Below are positions 49,863-59,680 of a DNA stretch of 64,000 bases, one piece after another. Source of the stretch: Candidatus Bathyarchaeota archaeon (GTDB taxonomy: Archaea; Thermoproteota; Bathyarchaeia; Bathyarchaeales; Bathycorpusculaceae); NCBI GenBank assembly GCA_963702095.1, contig OY969706.1:832001-896000 (forward strand). Direction: 5' to 3'. The notes beneath the pieces are model-generated. The model searched no databases. It was not told the origin of the DNA and saw only the letters and a program-made list of their open reading frames with translations. The translations under genes and the position numbers were made by a program. Position 1 is the first letter of the stretch. Each line of letters begins with the position of its first letter.

Positions 49863-50944
49863 AAGTCGGGTTTCTCCGTGGGGGACTGCGGCTTGTTTTT
49901 CTTGAGTTTAGCGAGGTCAGTTAGCGGCGAATAGGGGGCGCCCATCTTTTTGTAGAGCATCCATTTCGCGCCGATTACGTTGCCAAGCAGTATCCCCTCC
50001 ACTTTACGCAGACTATAGGGCAAGTCCGAACGCAAATTCTTCAAACTGAGAATAATACGAAGCAAGTCGGATTCGATTTTGCTGACTAAGGAGAGTTTGG
50101 GTTCGTCGCCGTATAAACGGTAGAAAAGCAGTTCCGCTTCAACAGCCCACAACAGATCAGTGCGGGGTTTTAGGTAGTCTCGGCTCGACGTTCTTCCATG
50201 GACGATATGGTAAACTTTCACGTTGGGACTATAAATCAGACGTAGACCCTGCCGCCACAACTGCCACCCCAAAACCATCTCCCAAGCGCAACCCAAAATC
50301 CACTCGCCCGGCAAATCAATGGCTCGTAACACGTCGCCTTCAATGGCCATTGAAGGTCCACGTAGCAAGGCTTTGGTTGCGCCGTGTTTGCGCCAGTATG
50401 CGTTGTTGCCGCGTTCATAGACAAAGCCTGAGTCGGCAATGCTGTTCTTGTAGTCTTCTAATCCTTGCAATGGGCGTCCGAAGAGCGCAAATTCGCGGTT
50501 GGAGTAGGCGGTGGGAGCTTCGGTTTCCTCTACGATTTGCATTCCATCATTTTTGAGGAGCACAGGGTACGAGTCGCCGGTGACTGCGGAGACGTTGGAT
50601 ACGCGGAAGGTTTTGACGGTTTCTTCTAGCCAGTTGTCGGCGGGGATGGCGTCGTCGTCGAGGAACGCTACGATGTCGCCGGTGGTGTGTTTGACTCCTA
50701 AAAAGTATGCATCGACGATGTGGCCTGTGGTTTGATTGACCACGGTGAGTTTGAGGCGGCTCGACGCTTCTCTGAGTAGGTCGTCGGTGCCGTCGCCTGA
50801 AGGTTTAACAACGAATACAACGTCGAAGTCCCGGTAGGTTTGGCGGTTCAGCGCTGCAATCATGTGTGGAAGGAGGTCAGCCCTCTTGTGGGTGGGAATA
50901 ACCACAGTCACCCAGATTTTTCGAGAGGAGACAGCTCCATTCAT
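49853..50944 (-). CDS. Glycosyltransferase GT2
   Basis: VTVVIPT, GDIVAFLDDDA. Confidence 0.88.
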   Translation of the reverse strand: MNGAVSSRKIWVTVVIPTHKRADLLPHMIAALNRQTYRDFDVVFVVKPSGDGTDDLLREASSRLKLTVVNQTTGHIVDAYFLGVKHTTGDIVAFLDDDAIPADNWLEETVKTFRVSNVSAVTGDSYPVLLKNDGMQIVEETEAPTAYSNREFALFGRPLQGLEDYKNSIADSGFVYERGNNAYWRKHGATKALLRGPSMAIEGDVLRAIDLPGEWILGCAWEMVLGWQLWRQGLRLIYSPNVKVYHIVHGRTSSRDYLKPRTDLLWAVEAELLFYRLYGDEPKLSLVSKIESDLLRIILSLKNLRSDLPYSLRKVEGILLGNVIGAKWMLYKKMGAPYSPLTDLAKLKKNKPQSPTEKPDFWR

Positions 50945-50949
50945 TCGTT

Positions 50950-51663
50950 TTACCTGTTGGGATGTTTCAAAAACACTTCTTCCTTGTTGAGCCACTTGAC
51001 TAAGTCAAGGTACTTCTCGTATCTGCGGTTACGCGTCGAATCGTAAACGTGGACTTCTTTAGCGTAGTCTTCGACGTAAACGTTGCCTGAGACTTCATTG
51101 TAGGGTTTACAGGAAAAGAAAATTTTGTGGAAGTAGGGCAATTTTTGGTATCTCTCCAGCAGTTCTTCGCTGAATTCTTCGCCGTCAGAGAACACAACAA
51201 ACAAGTTGTCTCTGTTAAGCCGTTTTAGTCGTCTGTTCCATTTTTCAGCTGCTTCCGCTTCGGTTTTGTAATGCATAAAGTGGATTTCAACGTCGCTGCC
51301 TAAGACTCCGATGGGGTAGCGGCGATGGGTCATCTGAAAATGCTTCTTTGCCATGGTATGGTTGGTTTCAGTTTTAAACGTCAACGGCTGTTTTAGGTAG
51401 TAGTCGAGGTTTTCGAGCAGTCTGAGGTAGTCTTCGGGGTAAATGTAGGTCCAAATCGTCGGTGTATTGTAGGGTAAACCGAATTTGTGGTACATGCCGC
51501 CGGCGAAGCAGTTGTTGCCTATGATTGAGAAATCTTTGCTTTTGAGTTTTGACCGGGGAATCGCCGAAAAAAACTTGTCGACAATACGCCATTTGATGGT
51601 GGATTCGATTGTGTCTCGGTTTAATGCCGCTTTTAAGAAGCCTTTGATAGTCAATAAGTTCAC
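50950..51663 (-). CDS. DUF1919 exopolysaccharide-associated protein
   Basis: FSIIGNNCFAG..YH, YPIG.L.DVEIHFMHY, KWNRR. Confidence 0.85.
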   Translation of the reverse strand: MNLLTIKGFLKAALNRDTIESTIKWRIVDKFFSAIPRSKLKSKDFSIIGNNCFAGGMYHKFGLPYNTPTIWTYIYPEDYLRLLENLDYYLKQPLTFKTETNHTMAKKHFQMTHRRYPIGVLGSDVEIHFMHYKTEAEAAEKWNRRLKRLNRDNLFVVFSDGEEFSEELLERYQKLPYFHKIFFSCKPYNEVSGNVYVEDYAKEVHVYDSTRNRRYEKYLDLVKWLNKEEVFLKHPNR

Positions 51664-51686
51664 CCCAAGCGGTGATTTAAACGTTT

Positions 51687-53804
51687 TTAGGGGTAGGGTA
51701 TGTAGTAGGCTTCGCTGTCGCCGTTCGAGTACACGACGTCGGTTTGGTTGAGTAGGCGCGGGAGGGTTCCGTTGGATGTTAGGGGTTCATAGTTTATGCT
51801 GATGTAGCTTAGAAACGCGAATTCGCCGCCCCTAAAAACAGTGGTATTGGTCAACTCTGCTACGTAGCCGCGGTAGACTAGACCATAGGCTGTTAGTGAC
51901 GTATAAAGCGCGTTGTCGGCTAACAAGTTGTATTCATAGGGAGTGTAAGCGGATATCCAGTCCGCGGCTTTGACACTGTAACCGTCGATGAAACCGTAGT
52001 ACCCATATAGTTGTATGGGATCCATTCGGTAACCAGACAGCGGTACAGACCAACTCTGTGACCCTGTTACTTCATAGGCGAAGTTTGTTTGAAACAGGAA
52101 ATAGGGAACCAGCACCAACACAATGATTGCTGAAGCCACCACTGCTGTCCTGTGTTTCGAGAGGGTTTTTGCAAGCAGCCATATGCCTACTATGCAGAAG
52201 GGCGCCAGAAGCATAAGCAGTATGTGGTAGAAACGGGTCATCGACAAGGCATTCGCCAAGCCGGGGATTAGAGTTAGAAGCACCAGAAAAGCAAAAGCTA
52301 AGACACTAAAGACTATGTAGTCGCGTTCAAATTTGAAGGGTATCTTTTTGAGAAGCAATGCGAAGACGCCGATGAGAATGAAGATTTCGGTGAGGTAAGC
52401 GAATCCTCGGCTAACCGTGTTTATGAGGGCGGGTGAAGCTGTTAAGCCTAAACCGGTCAGCACTGCTTGGCCTCGTGAGGCGGGGTTGAAGAAGTCGCCT
52501 AATTGAGCGGCGATGCTACCTGTGAAATACATGAAACTGTTGAAGACTACGGCGCCTGAGGTATAGATGTACCAGAGGAACATGGCTACAAAGAAGAAAA
52601 TGATGAGGGTCAATTGCAAATTGAAGCTGGGGCGTCTGAGATAGAAAACGGAAACAGCCCAAGCAGCAAAAATAAGAAACAGAAAGATTTCCGCTAAAGC
52701 GTAGTGGGAGAAGATTAAGCCGAAACTTAGAATTGCAAACCCAACAAATTTGCCTCCGGTAGGAACCTTCTTGTTTAACAGCAATAGTAGCAGAAGAACG
52801 AAGAAGAGTTCGCCTATCATCTGCCGGTTTAGTGCAAGCATTTCAGTGAAGAAAGTTGATTGCGCTATGAAGAGAAAGGCAGCGGCGAAGGCGAATTTTT
52901 TGCCTATGTAGGGTTGCCAAAGCAAGTATAAGCCTACGGGGACTAAAGCGAAAATTAAGGGGTAAATGATTTTGAATACCCATGTGGGGTCTAGGTTTAG
53001 CATGTTTGAGTAAACGGTTGGGAGAACGGTGATGCTTAGCATCGCGTTATATCTGCCGTAGCCTTCGTCGGTGGGAACCATGAAAGTGGGGTTCCAGTGC
53101 CCGCTTAGCTGAGTGGTCTGGAAAACATAGAGTTCAACTGGGGAGTCGCCGCCGTATGGGAGGATGTAGTTGGATGCGAGTGAAACATGCATCAGCAGCG
53201 CCAAAGCAATCATGGCTATGGCGAAAGTGTAGAAGGAGCCTGATCTGGGGGCTTTTTCTGCAAAGACACTGACGGCGAAGACGCCTGCGATGGCAAGAAT
53301 CATCACCAGCAGAATGTAATTGTTGCCTGTGGCATCAACAAAGAATGCACCGACTATACCCAGAAGTGGGATTAAAGTCAAAAGCAGCATGGAAGCTCTG
53401 AAGCCGCTTTTAGGAGCATTGATTGTGGTTTGGGGTTTGTTTTGCCGCAAGTAGGCAGCGGCTGCTCCGATGAGGACGGCGGTGTTTATGAAAAGCGAGA
53501 GAGGCAGTGTAGCGAGGGGGAAGTTTAAGCCGAAGAGGTATCCGAACTGGTTTATGGCTAACCCTGCAACCATCAAAAAAGCGATGCTAAAGCCTATCGA
53601 GTAAAGAATTGACTCGGCAGTGCCCAAGTTGTCGAGTTTTAAGAGTTTAAGCACAACAAAGCCTGGGATGAAACTGAGGTAAGCGATGCCGATGACTATT
53701 CTGGCAAGTGAGAAATCGAGAAAAAGCGTAAGGTACATTGCCACTTGCAATGCTACAACTATGACTAAGAAGTATTGAGAAGAAAGTTGCCTGTTAAAAG
53801 TCAT
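51687..53804 (-). CDS. DUF2206-like polytopic membrane protein (putative polymerase/GT-C)
   Basis: About 17 TM helices, GGDSPVE, RQMIGELF, SHY, RFYH, VYSNG. Confidence 0.8.
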   Translation of the reverse strand: MTFNRQLSSQYFLVIVVALQVAMYLTLFLDFSLARIVIGIAYLSFIPGFVVLKLLKLDNLGTAESILYSIGFSIAFLMVAGLAINQFGYLFGLNFPLATLPLSLFINTAVLIGAAAAYLRQNKPQTTINAPKSGFRASMLLLTLIPLLGIVGAFFVDATGNNYILLVMILAIAGVFAVSVFAEKAPRSGSFYTFAIAMIALALLMHVSLASNYILPYGGDSPVELYVFQTTQLSGHWNPTFMVPTDEGYGRYNAMLSITVLPTVYSNMLNLDPTWVFKIIYPLIFALVPVGLYLLWQPYIGKKFAFAAAFLFIAQSTFFTEMLALNRQMIGELFFVLLLLLLLNKKVPTGGKFVGFAILSFGLIFSHYALAEIFLFLIFAAWAVSVFYLRRPSFNLQLTLIIFFFVAMFLWYIYTSGAVVFNSFMYFTGSIAAQLGDFFNPASRGQAVLTGLGLTASPALINTVSRGFAYLTEIFILIGVFALLLKKIPFKFERDYIVFSVLAFAFLVLLTLIPGLANALSMTRFYHILLMLLAPFCIVGIWLLAKTLSKHRTAVVASAIIVLVLVPYFLFQTNFAYEVTGSQSWSVPLSGYRMDPIQLYGYYGFIDGYSVKAADWISAYTPYEYNLLADNALYTSLTAYGLVYRGYVAELTNTTVFRGGEFAFLSYISINYEPLTSNGTLPRLLNQTDVVYSNGDSEAYYIPYP

Positions 53805-53820
53805 GTTTTCGCCAACAAAA

Positions 53821-54996
53821 CTAGTGTTTGATTACTGACTGATAGATTTGCGACATCTGAGGTGCCACAGCACGAATATCGTAATTTTGCACTGTTTGGG
53901 CACCGCTTAACGCAAGGCTATCCCGCAATTGTTTATCTTTTATCAGCCTTATTAGGGCAGCGGCAAGGTCGTCGATGTTGTCGGGTTCAAAGAGCAAACC
54001 ATTCTGTTCATGGCTAACGGTTTCTTTTAGGATGCCGAATTTGGGGGCAACCACCGCCAAACCTGCAGACCACGCCTCCAAAGTGGCAATGTAGCCAAAG
54101 TTCGTCGCCACAAACACATCGCTGTCCCAGAGGAACTTGCGGACATCGGTCTGTTTCCCCGCCATATTCACGGAGTCTTCAAGTTTAAGGTCCCTCACCA
54201 ACTGCTTGAGAGGCTCAAAAAGTCGCCCATACCCCACGATAACTAATTTTGCGTTGGACAATTCAGTGCTGACTTTTTTGAAGGCTTTAATGACCAACTC
54301 GGGGGTCTGCACGGGCTCGAGTCTGCCAACGTAGATTACGGTGATTTCATGCGGCGACGCCGTGCTTGGGTTCTTGAAGTGCGGGGGGTCAACGAAGTTG
54401 GTGACGAAGTAGCTTTTCTCCCCTAAACCCATGTCTTGGAGGGTTCCCAGGATTTCTTTGGAGTAAGTGGTTATCGCTGCCACATCGTTTTCCAATATGT
54501 TCCGCACGGTTGGGGATTTGAGGGGCATACCGCCGTGTTGGGGGTCGCCGACAAAGCCACCGTGCAACGTAACCACCAGCGGCTTGGCATAGTGTCTGCT
54601 GAGGTAGATGCCCAAGTTGATGTATTCGAGGTCTTTCCAGATGCCGTGAATGTGGAAGACATCGGCTGAGCGTGCGCCACTCGATTTGATGGCTTCTTGG
54701 TAGAGCCCTGCAAACCTCATTTTTTCAACGATTCTCGGGGTAGAGCCGAAAGTGTACATGAAGGCGCCGTTTAAGAGGTCTACTGGGCTGGGGCGAAGCC
54801 GATAGACTTTGAGGAACCCTGCATCCTCGTATTTTTTGATGTTCTTTGTAACCAAAAGAATCTTTGTACGCCCAGTTATGAGAGAGAAATCTATTTCGTG
54901 TTTTCTCCCCAAATAACTTGATAGCCACAGGATATAGCGTTCTAAGCCGCCTATGTCTATTGGCCAGAAGCGGTCCCAAACATGACAAACATGCAT
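53821..54996 (-). CDS. Glycosyltransferase GT4
   Basis: GGLERY, TLHG, YVGRL, LEAWSAG, NGLLF. Confidence 0.92.
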   Translation of the reverse strand: MHVCHVWDRFWPIDIGGLERYILWLSSYLGRKHEIDFSLITGRTKILLVTKNIKKYEDAGFLKVYRLRPSPVDLLNGAFMYTFGSTPRIVEKMRFAGLYQEAIKSSGARSADVFHIHGIWKDLEYINLGIYLSRHYAKPLVVTLHGGFVGDPQHGGMPLKSPTVRNILENDVAAITTYSKEILGTLQDMGLGEKSYFVTNFVDPPHFKNPSTASPHEITVIYVGRLEPVQTPELVIKAFKKVSTELSNAKLVIVGYGRLFEPLKQLVRDLKLEDSVNMAGKQTDVRKFLWDSDVFVATNFGYIATLEAWSAGLAVVAPKFGILKETVSHEQNGLLFEPDNIDDLAAALIRLIKDKQLRDSLALSGAQTVQNYDIRAVAPQMSQIYQSVIKH

Positions 54997-55019
54997 AAAA
55001 ACAGATCCTATAACAGTAA

Positions 55020-55158
55020 ATCGTTGGTTCTGCTTGAGGATTTGCCCTCAACCAGCCAGCAACCCAACTCCATTGCAGAACACAAAATACAGCTATCTGC
55101 CAAGCCCCCAGAAGAAGATGAGTAAGGGGCGCTCTGCCATCACCTTAAACTAGAAAAA
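55020..55158 (+). repeat. Dispersed structured repeat, family A/B copy B2
   Basis: GTTCTGC-TTGAGGATTTGCCCTCAA-N59-GAAGAAGATG-N17-CATCACCTT-AAACTAGAAAAA. Confidence 0.85.
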
Positions 55159-55201
55159 CAAAAAAACGAATCAGCATTTTTGGCCGCAGCAAAATCAGAT
55201 G

Positions 55202-55864
55202 CTAATATTCCCAGTTAACGTCCTTTTTTATCACGTGCGCCGGCACTCCAGCGGCTAAACATTTTTCAGGAATGTCTTTGGTGACAACTGCGCCCGCACC
55301 AATAACTGAGCCATCCCCAATTTTAACGCCTTTTAGTACCAGCACCCGGCGACCTATGAATACGTGTCGTCCTATTTCTATTGGCGCTGCCACAACTGCC
55401 CCCTCTCTTGCTATCCCATGAAAGTCTGTATCAAGGAGTTCGACATCCCAGGAAATAAGGCTGTTCGACCCGACCTTGATACTCTTTGATGCGATAATAA
55501 CCGTGTTCGAGTTAACGACAACATTATCTCCCAGTTCAATACATGCGTTTTTCTGTGCGCCAATAACTACCCCTTTGCCTATTCGAGCGCTCCCGTTAAT
55601 TACTAGTTTGCTGCCCTCATCCATCCTCAGTTGGCAGGGTGCAGTCGACGGAAAAAAGTCAGTGTATCCTATTCCCAGTGTAAAGTAGCCGTTGTTTATG
55701 ATTTGAGCCTTTTTATGTATGGCTAACAATGTTTTTCCATCAATCAGAAATGAATCAAACAAAGACTTGTCTGAGGCGGTCACTCCGTTCTTGGAGACTT
55801 GATAGCTCTTATAGATGGTTCTGGGACCTATGCCGTTTTTCCTTATCATAGCCCAATTAACCAT
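55202..55864 (-). CDS. Hexapeptide-repeat O-acetyltransferase
   Basis: DTDFH, LKGVKIGDGSVIGAGAVVTKD, AGVPA. Confidence 0.9.
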   Translation of the reverse strand: MVNWAMIRKNGIGPRTIYKSYQVSKNGVTASDKSLFDSFLIDGKTLLAIHKKAQIINNGYFTLGIGYTDFFPSTAPCQLRMDEGSKLVINGSARIGKGVVIGAQKNACIELGDNVVVNSNTVIIASKSIKVGSNSLISWDVELLDTDFHGIAREGAVVAAPIEIGRHVFIGRRVLVLKGVKIGDGSVIGAGAVVTKDIPEKCLAAGVPAHVIKKDVNWEY

Positions 55865-55867
55865 TTT

Positions 55868-56989
55868 TCAAGCGCTCCCATAAAAGGAGTCAAAAAGGGT
55901 GAGGAATCGCTCTGAGAATTTTTGGGTTGAAAACTTGGATGCAATTCCCTTCATGGCTTCAGCATCATCTTGTGACCAGTTGGAAAGCTCATGGGTTATT
56001 CTTTCAGCAGCTTGCTCGATGCTTTCATAGCGGTACTTGGCAGGAACAAACTCTGTCATGCCGCCCGAGTTATGCACAATCGGCACGCAGCCCAACGCCA
56101 TGGCTTCCACGATGGAGATACCGAAGTGCTCCCCAACCATAGTGTGCAAGTAAATCTTGGCTTTCTTTAACAAACTAATTTTCTGTTCAGCGGAGGCGTT
56201 GGGGTAGAATTTGACGCGGTCAGCCACTCCAATCTTTTTGACTAATGCGTTGAGTTGGTCGAGGATGGTTTGGCTGCATAAACGCCCAACTACCGCAAAC
56301 TGTGTGTCCCCGTCTGTTTGCGCAGCAATGTAGGGTATTCTTTCCAAAAGTTTGTTTGAGTCTAGGCGTGAAACAGTCACGACCAAGTTGTCCAGTGCGT
56401 TTTTGGTGGTGGTTTTGCCGATTTCTTGGATGCACGAGGAGAAGGGGGGATAGAGGACTTCGGCGGTTTTAGCGGAGTACTTCTTGATTTCCCCTGCGGT
56501 GTATTGGCTGTTGGCTAATACAAGGTGTTTGTTGTAGTCAACGAGGTTCTTCTCTAAGATGACGTGGGGAAGGGTTCCGGCTTGGTTTAAGCGTGGACTG
56601 TTGAGGTAGGGGAAGGTTTTGCTAAACACGTACTGGTTGAGGTAGGGAAAATGTATGTAGCTAACTTGTGTCCAGGGAAAAACACAGTTGGAAAACGCGT
56701 CAATGAAGCGGGAGCATTTGGATTTTGCTATGTAAGAGTGGAGGATGGTTTGGTAGAAGTCGATGAGTCCCCGTGGAGTGAAGTTGGTGGGTTGTCTTAG
56801 TGTCTGGATTTTGGGGTGGAGTGTTTCTCCGAAGTAGTTTTTGATGGCTTGGGGGTTGATTTTGTCACTTGAGAACAGGACGACTTCGCGGTTGTTTGTG
56901 GCGAGGGTGTTGGCTATGGCGATTGCGACGTATTCTCCGCCGCCGTAGACGTTTAGGGTGGGGCAGAAGACGCCGATTTTGCCGTTCAC
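55868..56989 (-). CDS. Glycosyltransferase GT4, ALG11-like
   Basis: GGGEYV, YIHFP, ANSQYT, VLYPP, LHTMVGEHFGISIVEAMA.G..PIVHNSGG. Confidence 0.88.
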   Translation of the reverse strand: MNGKIGVFCPTLNVYGGGEYVAIAIANTLATNNREVVLFSSDKINPQAIKNYFGETLHPKIQTLRQPTNFTPRGLIDFYQTILHSYIAKSKCSRFIDAFSNCVFPWTQVSYIHFPYLNQYVFSKTFPYLNSPRLNQAGTLPHVILEKNLVDYNKHLVLANSQYTAGEIKKYSAKTAEVLYPPFSSCIQEIGKTTTKNALDNLVVTVSRLDSNKLLERIPYIAAQTDGDTQFAVVGRLCSQTILDQLNALVKKIGVADRVKFYPNASAEQKISLLKKAKIYLHTMVGEHFGISIVEAMALGCVPIVHNSGGMTEFVPAKYRYESIEQAAERITHELSNWSQDDAEAMKGIASKFSTQKFSERFLTLFDSFYGSA

Positions 56990-57171
56990 GCTTACTCGCC
57001 TGCAGAGGTGAAAAATAATCGCTTTTATGTTGAAAAAGACTTTTTTGCCTGAATTTGTATTGTTTTTCTTTGCGAAGTATACTTGACAATACGGTCTAAT
57101 TTGTTTTTCAAAATAATATTTAAATGATCTAGCCTAAAGAGGGTTCTAAATTCAGGAAGAGAGAGAATATA

Positions 57172-58743
57172 ATGAATACAAAACTATTAGCGAACACAGC
57201 ACACGCCCTAAACCACCGAAAACTCGCAAAGCCACTCGCCCTCTGTATCGCCGCACTCTTTGTCATCAGCGCAGTTTCAATACTCGCAATGTATCCAGTA
57301 AAGGCACAGACAACCACTACCCCTGCACTCCAAACCTCAGGCTCATCCATCGTGGATGCCAACGGAAACGTTGTGTACCTCCGCGGCATTGGACTCGCAG
57401 GAATGGCACCAGACATTATCCTCTGGGGTCAAGGAGCAACAGACAACTGGGGCACACAGTGGAGCACAGACCCCGCTGTAATGGACCAGACATTCTCAAC
57501 CATGCAAAGCCAATGGCACATAAACATGATACGCGTCTTCGTGTACCCAAGCTGGTACTACCGAGACAACATTGTTCCTGCACAAGAAGACCCCGCAGGC
57601 CAAGCAGCAAAAACAACTCCAATCAGCACCAAAGCCTACCTCCAAACCATATGCAACGAAGCAGCCAAATACGGAATCTACGTCGACATAGTCCCCTACA
57701 TGCTAACTCCATCCACAAGCTCCTTTGGCTCAGACCCATACGCCACACCCAACTTCGGTTGGCAAGGTCTACCAATGAGCGGCTGGGATGATGCAGGAAA
57801 CAGATTCCTTCAAGCCGCAGGATACGGCAACAACGAATTGGGCTTCTGGAACTGGTTCTGGACAGACATGGCAAACAACCTAAAGAACTGTCCAAACGCA
57901 ATCTTTGAAGCGTGGAACGAACCCAACTTGGGCTCTGACACCGATGCTATTCCAGCAGGCTACATGACTTACCTAACAACTATGTACAGTGCAATTAGAG
58001 CAACAGGCGCAACCAACCTAGTCATGATGCAGTGGCACATGGGCTGGTTCCCCAACGGCTACGGCAACGACCTCAGCTGGTGCAAACAAATCGCAACAGC
58101 CATACCAAGCGCAACCAACCTAGTCTACACCACACACCTCTACTACTATGCACCCACCGACTTGACTTCATACTGGGCAAATGACTACAACGGATTGAAA
58201 ACTCAACTGCAAACAGGCATCAACAGCATGGGCGTCACAGCACCATTGGTCATCAACGAAGAAGGCTCATGCCTCGCATACACATCGAACAGACAAAACG
58301 ACTGCACCTGGTGGAGCAACCTTCTGTTGGCACAACGTGACTTAGGCATAGGCGCAGGTGCATACTACTGGCTAAGCGAATCTGGTTTAGGCCCAATCTA
58401 CGCGGGCGAAACAATGCTAAGCAATGGCTATGCAGCAAACGATATGGGACAAGCATTCATCAACGCCTACCAAGCATCAAAGGCAACAGTGGCATCAACA
58501 GCAACAGCAACACCCGAACCGACAGCTACTCCAACATCAACCCCGACTGCAACACCCGAGCCAACTCAGACCCCGCAACCAACTGAGGATCCAACACTGG
58601 CACCAACAACCCAACCAGCAGAACCCACCCAACCATCAGCAGCATCGCACAACATTCAAGTCGTACACGGATTCTTCTATCATCACTGGTTCATCTTCTA
58701 CTGGCCACAGTACAACTCGTGGTTCGCGTTCCACCTCTGGTAA
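57172..58743 (+). CDS. Secreted GH5 glycoside hydrolase with P/T linker and aromatic C-terminal tail
   Basis: DANGNVVYLRG, INMIRV, FEAWNEP, TTHLY, VINEEG. Ends HGFFYHHWFIFYWPQYNSWFAFHLW. Confidence 0.9.
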   Translation: MNTKLLANTAHALNHRKLAKPLALCIAALFVISAVSILAMYPVKAQTTTTPALQTSGSSIVDANGNVVYLRGIGLAGMAPDIILWGQGATDNWGTQWSTDPAVMDQTFSTMQSQWHINMIRVFVYPSWYYRDNIVPAQEDPAGQAAKTTPISTKAYLQTICNEAAKYGIYVDIVPYMLTPSTSSFGSDPYATPNFGWQGLPMSGWDDAGNRFLQAAGYGNNELGFWNWFWTDMANNLKNCPNAIFEAWNEPNLGSDTDAIPAGYMTYLTTMYSAIRATGATNLVMMQWHMGWFPNGYGNDLSWCKQIATAIPSATNLVYTTHLYYYAPTDLTSYWANDYNGLKTQLQTGINSMGVTAPLVINEEGSCLAYTSNRQNDCTWWSNLLLAQRDLGIGAGAYYWLSESGLGPIYAGETMLSNGYAANDMGQAFINAYQASKATVASTATATPEPTATPTSTPTATPEPTQTPQPTEDPTLAPTTQPAEPTQPSAASHNIQVVHGFFYHHWFIFYWPQYNSWFAFHLW

Positions 58744-58777
58744 TTAGAAAAAACAATCTTCCCCTTCCTTTTTGTCT

Positions 58778-59677
58778 TCAAGTTTCTATTTGAGCTTTCA
58801 TGAAACCCAAAGTCCACGCCGCATGTTTAAACCCATAATGCAGTGGCAGAAGAAACACTTGTTTTTGACGCAGAAACCTATACGCTGGAAACGAAAAAAG
58901 AATCCCTGTTACCAAACCTGCAAGCGGAGTCATACGAGGCAATGAGAAGGCGCCTCGGGTTTTCTGGAAGCTTTTTTGGCAGCCGTAGCCATACCAGTAA
59001 TATTTCATCCACAGATCCTTGGGTTTTGATAAACCGCTGTGCAGTTCGTAGAGTTCCCCGTCGTTTGGTTTTAGCAACCAACCTGCACTTTTGATTCTCA
59101 AGACTAAGTCGGAGTCTTCGCCTGCGCCCTTAATGGTTTCGTCGAAGCCATTAGCCTGCCGCACAGCCGAGGTTCGGAAGGTGGTTCCGCCTGTGCCGAT
59201 TAGTTTTTCGGTTTTCCAAATAAAATTTTTGGGTTTGCCAAAGCGCTCATGGATTACAATGTAGGGGGTAACTTCTAAACTCAAGATGACGTTGCCTGGG
59301 ACAGTTCTAAAGACCCCTGCAGTTATGCCTACTTTGGGGTTCTTCTCTAAGGCTTCAACTTGGGCTGCCACGTATCCGGGGGTGAGGATTTCGTCGGCGT
59401 CCACAAAGAGGAGGTATTCGCCGTCAGCCATATCCACAACTTTGTTGCGGGCGTGCCCCAGTCCCATCCATTGGGACTTGAATGTTTTTACGCGGTCGCC
59501 AAGTAGCTGAGTGTAATGGCTGATTATTTGGGGCGTGTGGTCTTGGCTGCCGTCGTCTACAAAGATGATTTGGATTCGGTCTTGGGGGTAGTTTTGGTGT
59601 AGGATGCTGTCAACGGCGTCCGCAAGTAGGGCTTCGCCGTTTCTGACGCAGATGCCGACGGTAACAAGCGGCTTCAC
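58778..59677 (-). CDS. Glycosyltransferase GT2
   Basis: VTVGICVRNG, VDDGS.D, FVDAD, GFD..I.GAGED. Confidence 0.92.
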   Translation of the reverse strand: MKPLVTVGICVRNGEALLADAVDSILHQNYPQDRIQIIFVDDGSQDHTPQIISHYTQLLGDRVKTFKSQWMGLGHARNKVVDMADGEYLLFVDADEILTPGYVAAQVEALEKNPKVGITAGVFRTVPGNVILSLEVTPYIVIHERFGKPKNFIWKTEKLIGTGGTTFRTSAVRQANGFDETIKGAGEDSDLVLRIKSAGWLLKPNDGELYELHSGLSKPKDLWMKYYWYGYGCQKSFQKTRGAFSLPRMTPLAGLVTGILFSFPAYRFLRQKQVFLLPLHYGFKHAAWTLGFMKAQIET

Positions 59678-59680
59678 AAC

